Part shown: positions 28,825-43,575 of the stretch, in pieces
Numbering within the stretch: the first letter of the stretch is position 1
Layout of the letters: each line of letters opens with the position of its first letter
DNA from: Eledone cirrhosa
Lineage: Eukaryota
Direction: 5' to 3'
Assembly (NCBI GenBank): GCA_964016885.1
Contig: OZ024748.1
Coordinates: 21,266,001-21,330,000 of the forward strand
DNA length: 64,000 bases
The notes under the pieces: generated by a model
Databases searched by the model: none
Told to the model about the DNA's origin: nothing
What the model saw: the letters and a program-made list of their open reading frames with translations, nothing else
Translations under genes and position numbers: made by a program

Positions 28825-28984
28825 ATAAGAAATGTGAAGACTAAAATGCGAAGAGGGCTCGATAAGGGTTTTATATATAATATATATATATAAACCCGTA
28901 GAGCAAATATTTATTATAAGAACAGATTAAAGTTTAAGCAAAGAAACACTGCTTTCACCCCTAAATTTTAATCCATTTTAATAA

Positions 28985-29021
<37 letters not shown>

Positions 29022-29182
29022 GCAAAAATTCTATTTAAAATTGTTGGGATACAACAAGTAAATATTTTTATAACTGATATAAAGCACTCGATTTGCCTAC
29101 GACGGTTGGATGGCCACTGATGAGGACAAACTTTTTCATATGTAACCCATTTGCAGCGCCGCAGCTCCATTATTATTATATT

Positions 29183-29225
<43 letters not shown>

Positions 29226-29231
29226 ATAAAT

Positions 29232-29522
29232 AATAATTGTTTCTACTTTAGGCACAAGGCCAGCAATTACCCAGTGCATTACTGGTACTTTATTTTATCG
29301 ACCCCGTAAGGATGAAAGGCAAAGTCAACCTCGGCAAATAATTGTTTCTACTTTAGGCACAAGGCCAGCAATTACCCAGTGCATTACTGGTACTTTATTT
29401 TATCGACCCCGTAAGGATGAAAGGCAAAGTCAACCTCGGCGGGATTTGAACTCAGATCATAAAGGGACGTAACTATGCTGGAAAGCATGGCGTCCGACCC
29501 TCTACCAATACTGCCAATCCAC
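29232..29522 (-). mobile_element. SINE S1 with tandem duplication of its 3' half
   Basis: 29232-29336 repeats the first ~100 bp of 29338-29522. Confidence 0.9.
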
Positions 29523-29961
29523 CCAAATAATGATATTTATATATATATATAATCTATATATAATTATAAATAAGAAAGGGTAATATTTTGTATTAACCAA
29601 TTACCAGTAAGAAAATTAGCTCAATGTAAAATGTCAGATGAAACATTAATATTTCCTACATAAACTCTTAACATTACCTCCGGCATAAACATTTTTATAT
29701 TACCTCCAGCATAAACATCTTTGAATGCAACTAATTCGCCATATAATGTTTACATAACATATATATGTACGCTATCATTATGCATCTGTTTTACCTTAAT
29801 GCATGCTATTATTAACATTCTTTGTGTAATATGCTTGATATATTGACTTTTAGTAATACTCTCTTTATAACACCTTTCAATATTTTGCTCTCTTTTCATT
29901 GTAATATTATTTTGTTCTTCTTGCTTTTCACTATAATGTTACTGACACTGTTACTAATAAT

Positions 29962-30143
29962 TGTTTCCACTTTAGGCACAAGGCCAGCAATTACCCAGTG
30001 CATTACTGGTACTTTATTTTATCGACCCCGTAAGGATGAAAGGCAGAGTCAACCTCGGCGGGATTTGAACTCAGATCGTAAAGGGACGTAGCTATGCTGG
30101 AAAGCATGACGTCCGACCCTCTACCGATACTGCCAATCCACCA
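29962..30143 (-). mobile_element. SINE S1, full length, 13-bp TSD
   Basis: tgttactaataat at 29949-29961 and 30144-30156. Confidence 0.9.
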
Positions 30144-30212
30144 TGTTACTAATAATGTATCTTAATGAATGTTCTAAAGAATAGGAATGCTATTACTTGT
30201 TTAAACATTGTA

Positions 30213-30262
30213 TATGCTCCGATGAATCCAGACGGTTGTCTGGAAGAGACGATCGTCAACAA
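30213..30262 (+). ncRNA. Degenerate hammerhead-like motif
   Basis: CCGATGAA-TCCAGAC-GGTT-GTCTGGA-AGAGAC-GATC-GTC; perfect 7-bp stem II and palindromic stem III, but both core boxes are altered. Confidence 0.4.
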
Positions 30263-30523
30263 TTAAATGCATTAAACAAAAATTTGATTGTTTTATATTT
30301 TGTATATATATATATATTTATATATATATATATAACGAAGGAAATGTGGTAAGGAACCAGGTGGACCATAACGCACCAAAGTACTCAATACTTAGGGTAG
30401 TAGAGTGGGTAATAGGAACCAGTAAGACCCCGACGGCTGAGCTCAAGCCGTTTCGACGGCTAATTCTGGTCCAGAATTAGCCGTCGAAACGGCTTGAGCT
30501 CAGCCGTCGGCGTCTTACTGGTT

Positions 30524-30556
<33 letters not shown>

Positions 30557-30866
30557 CTGCAGTTTCATTCAGCAAACTCAGCCTGAGCTGTGAAAATCTC
30601 AAATCGTTAGGGAACTTTTCAAGTAAGAAAGAGATTCGACTGAATTGTCCGCTAGCTGCTATTAAATTCAAACGGGAAAATTATCACGTGTTTAGCCTGA
30701 TCACGTAAATGGCAGAGGTATGTGGACAATGACAAGTGAAAAGGCTGCTAAATATAGCAGTCCGATTCTGTCAAATTCTTTACATGAAGATGTGTTTTGC
30801 ATGGATATCATTACAGCAATGAAAACTGCAGTGGTTCGTGGACCCTGATATGGTGAGATAAGTGAA

Positions 30867-31160
30867 TATAACGGTAATCAACGGAAGATCTTGCCATCAG
30901 TCACCTCATTTTGTACATCCATCTTTCCCTCGTAGTTTATATCAATTCCATCTTCTTTAAAAACGCCAATCGTCTGATCTTGGAAAATGTCTGAAGCACT
31001 TTGTTTGAGATATTATAACGGTAATCAACGGAAGATCTTGCCATCAGTCACCTCATTTTGTACATCCATCTTTCCCTCGTAGTTTATATCAATTCCATCT
31101 TCTTTAAAAACGCCAATCGTCTGATCTTCGAAAATGTCTGAAGCACTTTGTTTGAGATAT
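30867..31160. repeat. 147-bp tandem duplication
   Basis: 30867-31013 and 31014-31160 differ by about 1 base. Confidence 0.95.
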
Positions 31161-31398
31161 TTGGAGCAGGTGGTCATCTTTAACCTCACGAAAAATCATG
31201 TTGTTTTTCAGCCCCTTTTTATCATCTGTGTATTATATTCCCATTTTAGTGGTCACTTGTAATGTGGACAGTGTAGTAGAAAATGCAGGCTTAACAATTT
31301 TCTAAGTGTAGTCAGAATAACAAGTATCAAAAGCTAAGTAGTTCAGCTAAGCAGTTCAGTAAGTCGAAATTATTTGATTCACGGGAATGTGGAGTGGT

Positions 31399-31476
<78 letters not shown>

Positions 31477-31523
31477 TTTAAGTATTACCGAAATTCATTT
31501 GGCAAGTACAAGTCAAATACAAC

Positions 31524-31619
<96 letters not shown>

Positions 31620-31653
31620 ATATATACGTGTATATATATATATATATATATAC

Positions 31654-31707
<54 letters not shown>

Positions 31708-31708
31708 G

Positions 31709-31765
<57 letters not shown>

Positions 31766-31766
31766 G

Positions 31767-31833
<67 letters not shown>

Positions 31834-32330
31834 TAGCTCTAAATACAAAGGAACCAAACTCCCATTGTCACTGCCTCCGTCTCTCCACTCTCCCCATCTC
31901 TCATTGTTCCCTACTTCATTGAATAAGGTTTCACCTTGTGCCACCCTTGGTCTCATTCTGCTTCCGGCTTCTCTTGCTCTTGTTGTTGTTGTTCTTCTTC
32001 TTCTTGTCGCTTTCTGCGGACAGAATAGAGAAGGCGTTTCCCCGGAGGATATTGAGGAAGACGCACTGGAAGAGCCATTCCAGGTCGCAGAGGTGAGTGC
32101 GTATATCATAGAGATAGCCTAGGGTTATAATTAACGAGACGGCGGTAGAGAACACAGAACATACGCAGGGCTTCAAATTTAAAGGAAGAGTATAGTCGAT
32201 AAAAATAACATTAGTAATTGACTAGTATTCCTCCTTATTTTATTCATATCATACCATCATATACGTGACACTAGATCAACGAATCAATGAAAGAACCAAC
32301 CTACTGTTAACACTACCTAAAACTAAAATT

Positions 32331-32442
<112 letters not shown>

Positions 32443-32543
32443 TGTATATATATAGTGAAAAATGGAACGGGAACAAAACAGAGAGGCAGCACAAACAAAG
32501 GTTTATTAGTTTCACGCTCTTGAGAGTGGAGGGGGGGGGGGTA

Positions 32544-32678
<135 letters not shown>

Positions 32679-32679
32679 A

Positions 32680-32728
<49 letters not shown>

Positions 32729-32844
32729 TTGAATCTGCATAACTAATCACCTGCTTCTCCTCGTGATTGGTTTGCTTGCTTTTTATTCGATATATATATA
32801 TATGTATGTATGTATAAATATATATGTATACGTATATATATATG

Positions 32845-32904
<60 letters not shown>

Positions 32905-32973
32905 ATAAGGAAAAGCGAAGTAGTTTCAGCTGTTCAGGTCCTTTAATAATTATTCGATATTTACTCCGTCACT

Positions 32974-33272
<299 letters not shown>

Positions 33273-33814
33273 TGTGTGTGTGTGTGTGAGGTTAGAACCA
33301 GTTTCAGACTAGTTAGACCATTAATCAATAGAGTACTACTTGGGGTAGTAGATAATGGCTATTTTATAAAGAGTGGGGACCCGACGGCTGAGCTCTTGCC
33401 ATTTCAACAGCTAGTTCCGAACTGTTTGAAAGAGCAAGAGCTCAGCCGTCGCGGTCTTGACACTTTATAACACACACATATGTGTGTATGTGTGTGTGTG
33501 TATGTGTGTGTATGTATCGGTCTTTATTTATATCTGTCTCACTATGATAGAGCGTCCAATTACTCTATGCACCAGTAATATACCAGGGTTGGCATTAGAT
33601 TTACTTTAATTATGTAGTGACTTAATACAAATAAAGGTTGGCTTTATTCCAACAAAGATAAGAATAACTCTAGAACGCTAATTACCCAAATGCCGGCTGT
33701 ATGTACCAGTGATATAACTGGGTACGGCGTTTGATTGACTCCAATTATATAGCCAACCGACCAAACAAAGATTGGCTCTATTCCAGCAAAGTTAAGAGAA
33801 AATCATTGAGAAAG

Positions 33815-33913
<99 letters not shown>

Positions 33914-33962
33914 TATACATATATATATATATACATATATTTATTTATATATATATGTGTGT

Positions 33963-33997
<35 letters not shown>

Positions 33998-34098
33998 ATA
34001 TATATACAAATACATATATATGTATATATATATATATTATATATTATATATATATATATACACATATATATATATATACACACATATATATATATACA

Positions 34099-34171
<73 letters not shown>

Positions 34172-34200
34172 ATATAAGTACATATATACACGCATAAATA

Positions 34201-34343
<143 letters not shown>

Positions 34344-34573
34344 TATTTATTTATCTATGTACGTATGTATGTATACGTCAGATTAATTACTTTCTTCATC
34401 TCTGAAGTTGTAGAAGCCATGTTGTGAAATAGGTTTGAAGAGTGCAGACGACTGCAGAAAAACCGTCTGTTCTGAGATAATATTCACATAGAATTTGTCC
34501 GTTTCGTCGTAATTCTAATTGGTTTTTCACTTTATATGTATATATATACATACATACAAACATACATACATAT

Positions 34574-34614
<41 letters not shown>

Positions 34615-34756
34615 CCTAGATATATAATATATACATACATATATATATATGCATATATATACATGTATATATATATATATATATAAATATACACACATAT
34701 ATATATATATATATGTATGTATTTATACATATGTATATATACATATACCCACACAT

Positions 34757-34811
<55 letters not shown>

Positions 34812-35354
34812 TATATTTATATCTATACATACATATGTGTATATAGACGTCTACATTCGTGTGTGTATGTATGCACACATACACACACACTTATATATAT
34901 ATATATGTATATATACATAGAGAGAGAGTGAGTGAAAGAGGGGAGAGAGAGTGAGAGAAGGAGAGATATATATATATATGTATGTATGTATACGTGATTT
35001 AACATTTATATTTTAACAGATCGATTGACGTAGTTATTATAATTCCTGACCAGTTTTAGTACCTTCGCTCTGTAGTTCTTCCCTTCATAGCGGCGGCGAC
35101 GTGACAGAGTTGTTAGAACGCCAGATAGACTGCATCAGTAGTCAAGCCAACTAGCTGAGACACGGTTTATTTTAAGGATATATTAAACCTACACAAATCT
35201 TTGAGCCAGGTGTCGTGTCTTAGATATTTGTAATGGCAATTTAAAATTTTTATTTAAAGTTTTAAAGCTTTTATCCATCATTTACCATTTAAGTGTACGT
35301 AATATTTAACACAAAATATAAACTTACTACACAAAATTATATTTAGAATTTCAC

Positions 35355-35820
35355 AAGCTGGGGCTCAACTACACGAGCAGAGGTCAGCTGCATAAGATGA
35401 TCTCAACTGCACAAGTAGAGGTCAACTGTACAAGCAAAGTTCAACTACACAAGGAAGGCTCAACTGCTCAAGCAGGGTTCAACTGTACAAGCAGGGATCA
35501 ACTACACAAGCAGAGGTCAACTGCACAAGCAGGAGTCAAATGAACAAGCAAGGTTCAACAGGACAATTAGGGATCAACTACACAAGCAAAGTTCAACTGC
35601 ACAAGCAGAAGTCAACTGCACAAGCAGGGGTCAACTGTACAAGCAGAAGTCAATTGCACAAGCAGGGGTCAACTGTATAAGTGTGGATCAACTGCACAAG
35701 CAAGGATCAACTACACAAGCAGAGGTCAACTGCACAAGCAGAGTTCAACTGCGCAAGCGTGGATCAACTGCACAAGTAAAGGTCAACTTCACAAGTGTGG
35801 ATCAACTGTACAAGCTGGAG
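35355..35820. repeat. 18-19-bp minisatellite (tcaactgcacaagcagagg), more than 20 diverged copies
   Basis: Directly visible array. Confidence 0.9.
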
Positions 35821-35948
35821 TTAAAATAATCCCTATTCTGTGCTCTGGGTTCAGATCCTTCCGGGGTCAATAAAATAAAATACCATCCCCATACTCAGGG
35901 AATGATTCTTTCCCACTTTCTTTCTCTTACTCTTTTTCTCACCTTTAC

Positions 35949-36026
<78 letters not shown>

Positions 36027-36169
36027 AAGACATCGACTGTGTTCATAACTCACACCCTTCTTTGACGCCCACACAGTCCCCACCCCTGTTGCTCTCAGCC
36101 CCGCCATACATAACTCATATATATATATACGTATATATATATATATATATTTGTGTGTGTGTGTGTGTG

Positions 36170-36200
<31 letters not shown>

Positions 36201-36201
36201 G

Positions 36202-37990
36202 TAGGAGGTGAGTTTTATTGTAGTACAATAAAGCAATGCAGATATCGGATAAGAAGCACTCTACAGTTTGTGGGACTGGAGTATGCATAATATAAGATCA
36301 AAAGATGGTTAAAGGAGTTCAATATATTTTATTATGCGCATTTCAAAAACAAACATCATCAAACAATAATATTTGTGTTTTCATCAGATAAAACAGGAGA
36401 ACATGATATGAAGGCTAAAAAAACACTTGTTGATAGTGCAGTTTTAAATCAACATATGAAAAGTGGTTTTAGATTGATGTGTGATATTGGGAAAAATATT
36501 TTATTTAGAGAGGGGGGGGAGAGAAAAGGATGAAAAGGGAAGGAGATGAGAGGGAGAGATGGGTGATAGAGAGAAAGAGATAGTTTTTATAACAGAGAGG
36601 AGATATATTTTATATAGAGGGGTTGAAAACCGTTGGAAGATACTGTATAAATTAAAAATTTTGAAAATTAACGAAGGGAGGATATGTGCGAGGAAAAAAT
36701 ATATTATATTTAGGGAGGGGTGGGGGTGGAAAGGATGAAAAAAAGGGGAGGAGATGAGAGTGAAGGTGGAAAGGGAGAGATGGGTGATAGAGAGAAAGAG
36801 ATAGTTTTTATAACTGAGAAAAAGATATAATGTTTTAATATAGAGAGGTTGGGAACCGTTGGAAGATAATGTATAAATTAAAGGAATTTGAAAATTAACG
36901 AAGGGAAATTATGTATGGAGATAGAGAGAAAAAAATAACGAAGGGAGATTATGTATGGAGATAGAGAGAAAAAAATAATAATTGTGGGTGAATATTCAAA
37001 AGGAGAAATGTAGGAATCTTAAAATTAGCAAAGAGAAAATGTTTATGTATAGGATTTGAGAAAAATAATGTTAAGTTAAAGTTTTTATATTGAATTCATA
37101 TGTATTAATAATGAGTTCGTTGATGGGGAGAAAAAAATAATAATAATAAATTAAGGATGAAATTGAGATTAAAAAGATTTATGATAGAGAGAAAAAATAA
37201 TAATGATTGCGGATGAATACTCAAAATGTCAAAAACAAATGTTATTGTTTTACGAAGAGATATAATGAGGGTGATGAGTAAACGGGTATTATAGAGTGTA
37301 TAATGCCCTTTAAAGTAAGGTAGATGGGTATATTTTAAAGAATATATGAGTATATATTAAAAAAAATATATATAATAATAAATTAAGGATGAAATTGAGA
37401 TTAAAAAGATTTATGATAGAGGGAAAAAAAAATAATAATGATTGCGGATGAATATTCAAAATGTCAAAAACAAATGTTATTGTTTTACGAGAAGATAGGG
37501 TGAGGTAAATGAATAAACGAGTACTATAGAGTGTATAATGCCCTTTAAAGTAAGGTAGATGGGTATATTTTAAAGAGGTGTATGTATATGTGCCTTTGAG
37601 AAAAGATTCTAAATTGATAAAGAATTGAATATTAACTGTATACTTTGTGAAAAGTTCTATGGAATTTATGAAGGCAGATGGAAAACAAATCCGAGCGTCT
37701 ATTTATTATGGATTCTAGGTTAGAGATAATGGTAAATTTTTCATTTAGGCAGAGATTACAGATTTTAGATAGAGAACTGTTCAAGTACGAGGATGCAGAA
37801 GAAATCTTTTTCCAAAAGATGTTATATTTAATGTTTTTGTCTTTTAAGGACCATATGAGTTCTGAGAGAGCAGTGTTAGTTCTTTTAAGTTTGTATTTGA
37901 AAGATGAATGATGATTATAGAGACGAGCTTTAAAAGAGGTGGAAGTGGAGCCAAAATAGGTGAAGGAGTTGGTGCTAGTTATAATTTTAC

Positions 37991-37995
<5 letters not shown>
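36202..37995 (-). mobile_element. 5'-truncated Penelope-like element (Nematis-like) between (TA)n tracts: GIY-YIG remnant, ~1.3-kb 3' UTR, hammerhead-like pLTR motif at 36325-36395
   Basis: See CDS 37632-37991; minus strand ttttat-CTGATGA-...-GAAAT-gc-gca-taataaaata; second pLTR copy at 58046-58250. Confidence 0.75.
37632..37991 (-). pseudogene. GIY-YIG endonuclease C-terminal part of a PLE, 119 aa with no stop and no start codon
   Basis: Hand translation: CKIITSTNSFTYFGSTSTSFKARLYNHHSSFKYKLKRTNTALSELIWSLKDKNIKYNIFWKKISSASSYLNSSLSKICNLCLNEKFTIISNLESIINRRSDLFSICLHKFHRTFHKVYS*. Confidence 0.85.
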
Positions 37996-38072
<77 letters not shown>

Positions 38073-38078
<6 letters not shown>

Positions 38079-38240
38079 CAGAAAAACCTGGGACGATCTG
38101 ATAAATTCCGACCTTACACACTTGCACCTCTCTAAGACAATGTCACTGGACCGAGATCTTTGGCGCTACGCAGTAATACAGAAGACCCGCCTTGCCTATG
38201 TACAAAGCGAAACCTACAGTCAGTAGGCACCTCTTAACCA
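38073..38240 (+). mobile_element. RTE-clade LINE 3' fragment
   Basis: RPRKTWDDLINSDL...DRDLWRYAV is a typical RTE C-terminus. Confidence 0.7.
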
Positions 38241-38580
38241 AATATATGTGTGTATGTATATATATATATATATGTATATGTATATGTATATACATACATA
38301 TACACATCGATAAATAGATAGGTAGTATACTATCTATTTATCTAATAAATACAGTGTTTAAAGACTGTATGGATGATCTTAAATTGGCAAGAGAGAAACC
38401 ACGCCTTAAACAACTATGCCAAACATTAACGGTAAAATAGTTCTGCCAAATATCACGAAGAGAAAATTTCAAAGAATTTCCCACGTACACTCAAATAAAC
38501 ACACACACACACACGCACACACACCCGCGCACACACACACACACACACACACACAAACAAACACACACAGATACATATAA

Positions 38581-38611
<31 letters not shown>

Positions 38612-38642
38612 TAAACACGCACACACACACACACTTAAATAA

Positions 38643-38675
<33 letters not shown>

Positions 38676-38692
38676 TAAACACGCACGCACAC

Positions 38693-38742
<50 letters not shown>

Positions 38743-38870
38743 ACAGATACATATAAACATACACACACACACACACACAAATAAACACGCACACACACAC
38801 ACACACACACCCGCGCGCGCGCACACACACACACACACACGCACACGCACACAAACACAGATACATATAA

Positions 38871-38905
<35 letters not shown>

Positions 38906-39044
38906 TAAACACGCACACACACACGCGCGCGCACACGCACACACACACACAAACACACACAGATACATATAAACACACATACACACACACACACACACAA
39001 ACAAACACACAGACACATCTAAACACACACCCACACACACACAT

Positions 39045-39077
<33 letters not shown>

Positions 39078-39261
39078 CATAGACACGCATACATAGTCAC
39101 AGACACGTGTATCTATGTTATCCTCTTTTGTTGTTGTTGTTTTTATTTGGTTTTCTCATTAAAAATTTGTATCTTGTAATTAACAAGATCGATTTTAATA
39201 AACCTAACAGAAGTATTTATCTCAAACAACGAAACACGCACACAGCAACAGCAGCAGCAGC

Positions 39262-39344
<83 letters not shown>

Positions 39345-39474
39345 CGGCAACAACAGCAGCGACAGCAACAATAACAGCAACAACAATAGTAACAGCAGAA
39401 GTTGCAGCAACAGCAGCAGTGGCAGCAACAGCAACAACAATAGCAATAACAATAGCAACAATAGCAACAGCAGC

Positions 39475-39520
<46 letters not shown>

Positions 39521-40262
39521 GAAACAACAGCAGCAGCAACAACAACAACAACAACAACAACAACAAGAGAAGCTGGAACAATAGGAACAATAGCAGAAGC
39601 AACAACAACAACAACAACAACAACAAGAGAAGCTGGAAGAAGAATAAGACGAAGGCTGGCACAAAGTGAAACCCTATTCAGTTAAATAAGCAATAATCGA
39701 TATACATCGATTGAAATGTTTGATTGATACTTTATTTTACCAACCTATGAAGGATAAAAGGTGAATTTGGAACTTGTGCGATTACGACACACGACATAAA
39801 GAGACACAATTTTTTTTATATATTTTTCATCAGCACAGGTTGGACAAGTTGGTTAACAACGATCAACGAAACGTACGTACCTGGTATCGTGCCGTCGTAG
39901 TGGTGACTTAAATAATAATATATATATATATGTATATGAACGAAAATAGACCGAGAAACATGAATGTCCATCATCAGTAGTCTGCTGATTATCATTGGCA
40001 TTTCTTCGCATTAAAGACAAGATACCTAAAATCAGTGCGAGTGACAACTAAATTAAGTTATCGGGACAGACAGAAGGAAGTAAACAAACAACATGATAAT
40101 AATGCAACGTAAAGAGCGGAAAAGATATATATATATATATATATACATACGCGTTCGGATCTAGCTGTCGAAACGACCGGAGCTAAGTGACATGTTTGAG
40201 TAGGAAACTAAACGGTACCTAACATGTTATATAGTATAGTCATTATGTAATTAATATATATA

Positions 40263-40301
<39 letters not shown>

Positions 40302-40414
40302 CTCTGTCAATATATATATATATAGTTCTGTCTCTCTTTCTTTTTTCTTTCTCTCTCTCTCCTTCTCTCCTCTCTCTCTCTCTTTATATATATATATAGA
40401 GAGAGAGAGAGGAG

Positions 40415-40452
<38 letters not shown>

Positions 40453-40887
40453 GAGAAAGAGAAAGAGAGAGAGAGGGGATATATATATATATATATATAC
40501 AGAGAGAGAGAGAGAGAAGAGAAAGAAAGAGAGACAGAACTAGTGAGATATGTATATATATGTGGGCGCGTACGTGTTTGCATATATATATAAGTATGTA
40601 TTCACACATACATGTATATTTGCATGCATGTAAGTATAAGTGTATGTATGTATTGTAAACCGAATCCACGTGAAGTAAGTTGGGAGGACCTCAATAATAC
40701 AAGGCAGAGTAATTATATCATTAAATGTAATTTACAAGATGGAAGTTATTTGCCTGAATTATCCAAGTGATACATAATGTTCCTGGTTGTTATCGTAGTG
40801 TCGTACTTCTGATAAATCTTTCGGCTAACAAAAACATCTCTCCTCTCAACTGTGTTTAATAATAATAATGGAATAATAATAATAATA

Positions 40888-41028
40888 ATTGTTATACTTT
40901 GGGAGGGTCATGTTGCCAATAATGACCCTCCCAAAGTATAACAACATGACCCTCCCAAAGTATAACAATATCGGTTTCAACACACGATTTCAGATAAAGA
41001 ATCTTGCTAAACAAATTCAGAAACGAAA
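40888..41028 (+). mobile_element. 140-bp minimal fold-back insertion of the 55.6-kb PLE family in (TAA)n
   Basis: Inverted attgttatactttgggagggtcatgttgccaat plus direct atgaccctcccaaag...cagaaacgaa; same two end points as 55595-57751. Confidence 0.9.
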
Positions 41029-41034
41029 TAATAA

Positions 41035-41226
41035 TAATTGTTTCTACTTTAGGCACAAGGCCAGCAATTACCCAGTGCATTACTGGTACTTTATTTCATC
41101 GACCCCGTAAGGATGAAAGGCAAAGCCAACCTCGGCGGGATTTGAACTCAGATCGTAAAGGGACGTAACTATGCTGGAAACTATGCTGGAAAGCATGGCG
41201 TCCGACCCTCTACCGATACTGCCAAT
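41035..41226 (-). mobile_element. SINE S1 copy abutting a Tx1-like fragment
   Basis: Matches 45958-46140, with an internal actatgctgga duplication. Confidence 0.9.
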
Positions 41227-42700
41227 GCACAAGTCAGCAATGCTCGGACACTGGACGAGTGCGTGCAGGACGGTTTCGTCGCCCTGCGCACATCTCGGAC
41301 ATGCCCGGTTGACGGCACCTCCATGCCTGTAGACTTTATCCCGAACTGGCAAAGCTCCTCGGTAGCACTGCCAGGCCAGGGATTTCTGGAAGTTGTCCAT
41401 AGGCCCCGGCCCGAAAGTTCTTCCGAAGAGATTGGCTAGTTGATTTCCCCAAGTACGTCGTCGCTCTTCCCCTCCACTAATCCTCTATAGAACGGCAAGG
41501 TGGAGTTTCCACCGATCACATTGCCCGATTGGTCGAGGGCTGTGAGCGCCTGAAGACATTCCAGTCTCCAAGCGCTCGCTCTTGGTCTTCTCTTGACCCA
41601 GGACTGCAGCTCCGACAAGGAGACGAGCTGGGAAAGACGCGTCTAGCAAACGACAACCACACCTGATCACCGTCGAGGAAGAGGTGGAGATGTAGCCTGA
41701 GCGCGTGTCTGCGCATCATCAGCCACGGCATGCCTAGCCCTCCACGTACCGGGTGTTGACAGCAGATGAACCGCCTGACCATCGGAGCGCGTCCCTTCCA
41801 CAAAAAGCGAAAGAGCAAACGCTCCAGCGCAGTCAGGCGGGGCTTAGGACAAGGTACGACGGTCAGGCGGTAGTAGATGACGGACGCGATGTACGCGTTA
41901 GCCACCTCCGCTCGACCTTTCAGGGATAGCTTCCTCTCCGCCCATTTCTGGGTAAGAGAAGCCACCCTGCTCGTCACCTCGTCCCAGTTTTTGTCCGTCT
42001 GGAGGTCCGGACCGAACCAGACCCCTAGCAATTTAACCGGTCCGTCCGTCTAGCGCCCGACGACGCTGTTGGACGGCATGGACCTGCCTCTCCAGGTGCC
42101 GAGCTGCAGGATAATAATAATAATAATAATAATAATGGTTTCTTATATAGGCACAAGGCCATCAATTTGGGGGGGAGGGAAAAGTCGATTAAATTGTGCG
42201 TGACTGGTACTTTATTTTATCGACCCCGTAAAGAAGAAGAAGAAGAAGAAGAAGAAGAAGAAGAAGAAGAAGAAGAAGAAGAAGAAGAAGAAGAAGAAGA
42301 AGAAGAAGAAGAAGAAGAAGAAGACAGCATGCACTTGCCTCTCCAGGTGCTGAGCTGCAAGCCCACAGACTTTTCCGGATTAAGTTTCGCTCCTGTCTAC
42401 CTTTCGTATTCCTCCAATAAGGTGCCGACCACCTCGATTTCCGAGGTGTCCGACACCATCACGGTGATGTCGCCCGCATAAGCCGACACATCCTTTCTAC
42501 GTCCCGGTAGTCATTAACCTTGACCACCGAACAGATGCCGCTGTGCATTGCAGCGATCCAGCTTCTGAAGACGGGGCCGAAGCCAGCTGCCTTGAAGACC
42601 ATCTCCAGGTACCGATGGTCGACCCTATCGAATGCTTTCGATTGATCTAAATTGATCAGAGCCCCACCGAAGCCAGGTTTACACTCTACTCTCTCTATGA
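41227..42700 (-). mobile_element. Fragmented Tx1/L1-type ORF2 (41227-42110 and 42324-42700) interrupted by (TAA)n, a SINE piece and (GAA)n
   Basis: LGVWFGPDL..W..RKLSLKGRA..GGLGMP; CPRC..ETVLHALVQCP zinc knuckle; LINLDQSKAFDRVDH motif; catalytic motif reads YAGD. Confidence 0.9.
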
Positions 42701-42741
42701 CAACAACAACGACAACGACAACAGTAACAACATTATTCCGA

Positions 42742-42921
42742 GTGGATTGGCAGTATCGGTAGAGGGTCGGACGCCATGCTTTCCAGCATAGTTACGTTCC
42801 TTTACGATCTGAGTTCAAATCCCGCCGAGGTTGACTTTGCCTTTCATCCTTACGGGGTCGATAAAATAAAGTACCAGTAATGAACTGGATAATTGCTGGC
42901 CTTGTGCCTAAAGTAGAAACA
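42742..42921 (+). mobile_element. SINE S1, full length, tail-less
   Basis: gtggattggcagtatcgg...gagttcaaatcc...aagtagaaaca. Confidence 0.9.
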
Positions 42922-43095
42922 GATATTTATAATACAATACGAAGGGCGAATCCTTGAAGAAATTGTAAAGGTTTTCTTTGTATTTTATTTTCTGACATCA
43001 CGGATTATTAACTCCGACCATTGTTAATCCAGGCGCAACTGATTTTCAGGTTTATAAATCCCCCTTGAAGCTTTTCCATATCATGTCCGCGTATG

Positions 43096-43146
<51 letters not shown>

Positions 43147-43530
43147 TGTGGTAAGGAACCAGATGTGGTAAGGAACCAGATGTGGTAAGGAACCAGATGG
43201 ACCATAACGCATCAGAGAACTCAATACTTAGGGTAATAGAGTGGGTAATAGGAAAAAGTATGACCCCGACGGCAGAGCTCAAGCCGTTTCGACGGCTATT
43301 TCTACGGCTAGGTCTAGAAATAGCCGTCGAAACGGCTTGAGCTCTGCCGTCGGGGTCATACTTTTTCCTATATATATATATATATATTATTATGTAATAA
43401 ACAACATAAGGCAATTATTCCATTTACCAGTGGTTTCTTAAAAGCAAGTTTATTACATAATAATAATTAAGCTCTGTTACTTACATAGAGCACTCTTTTT
43501 TCCTGGACTTTTCCGACGGAATTACTTCAC

Positions 43531-43575
<45 letters not shown>

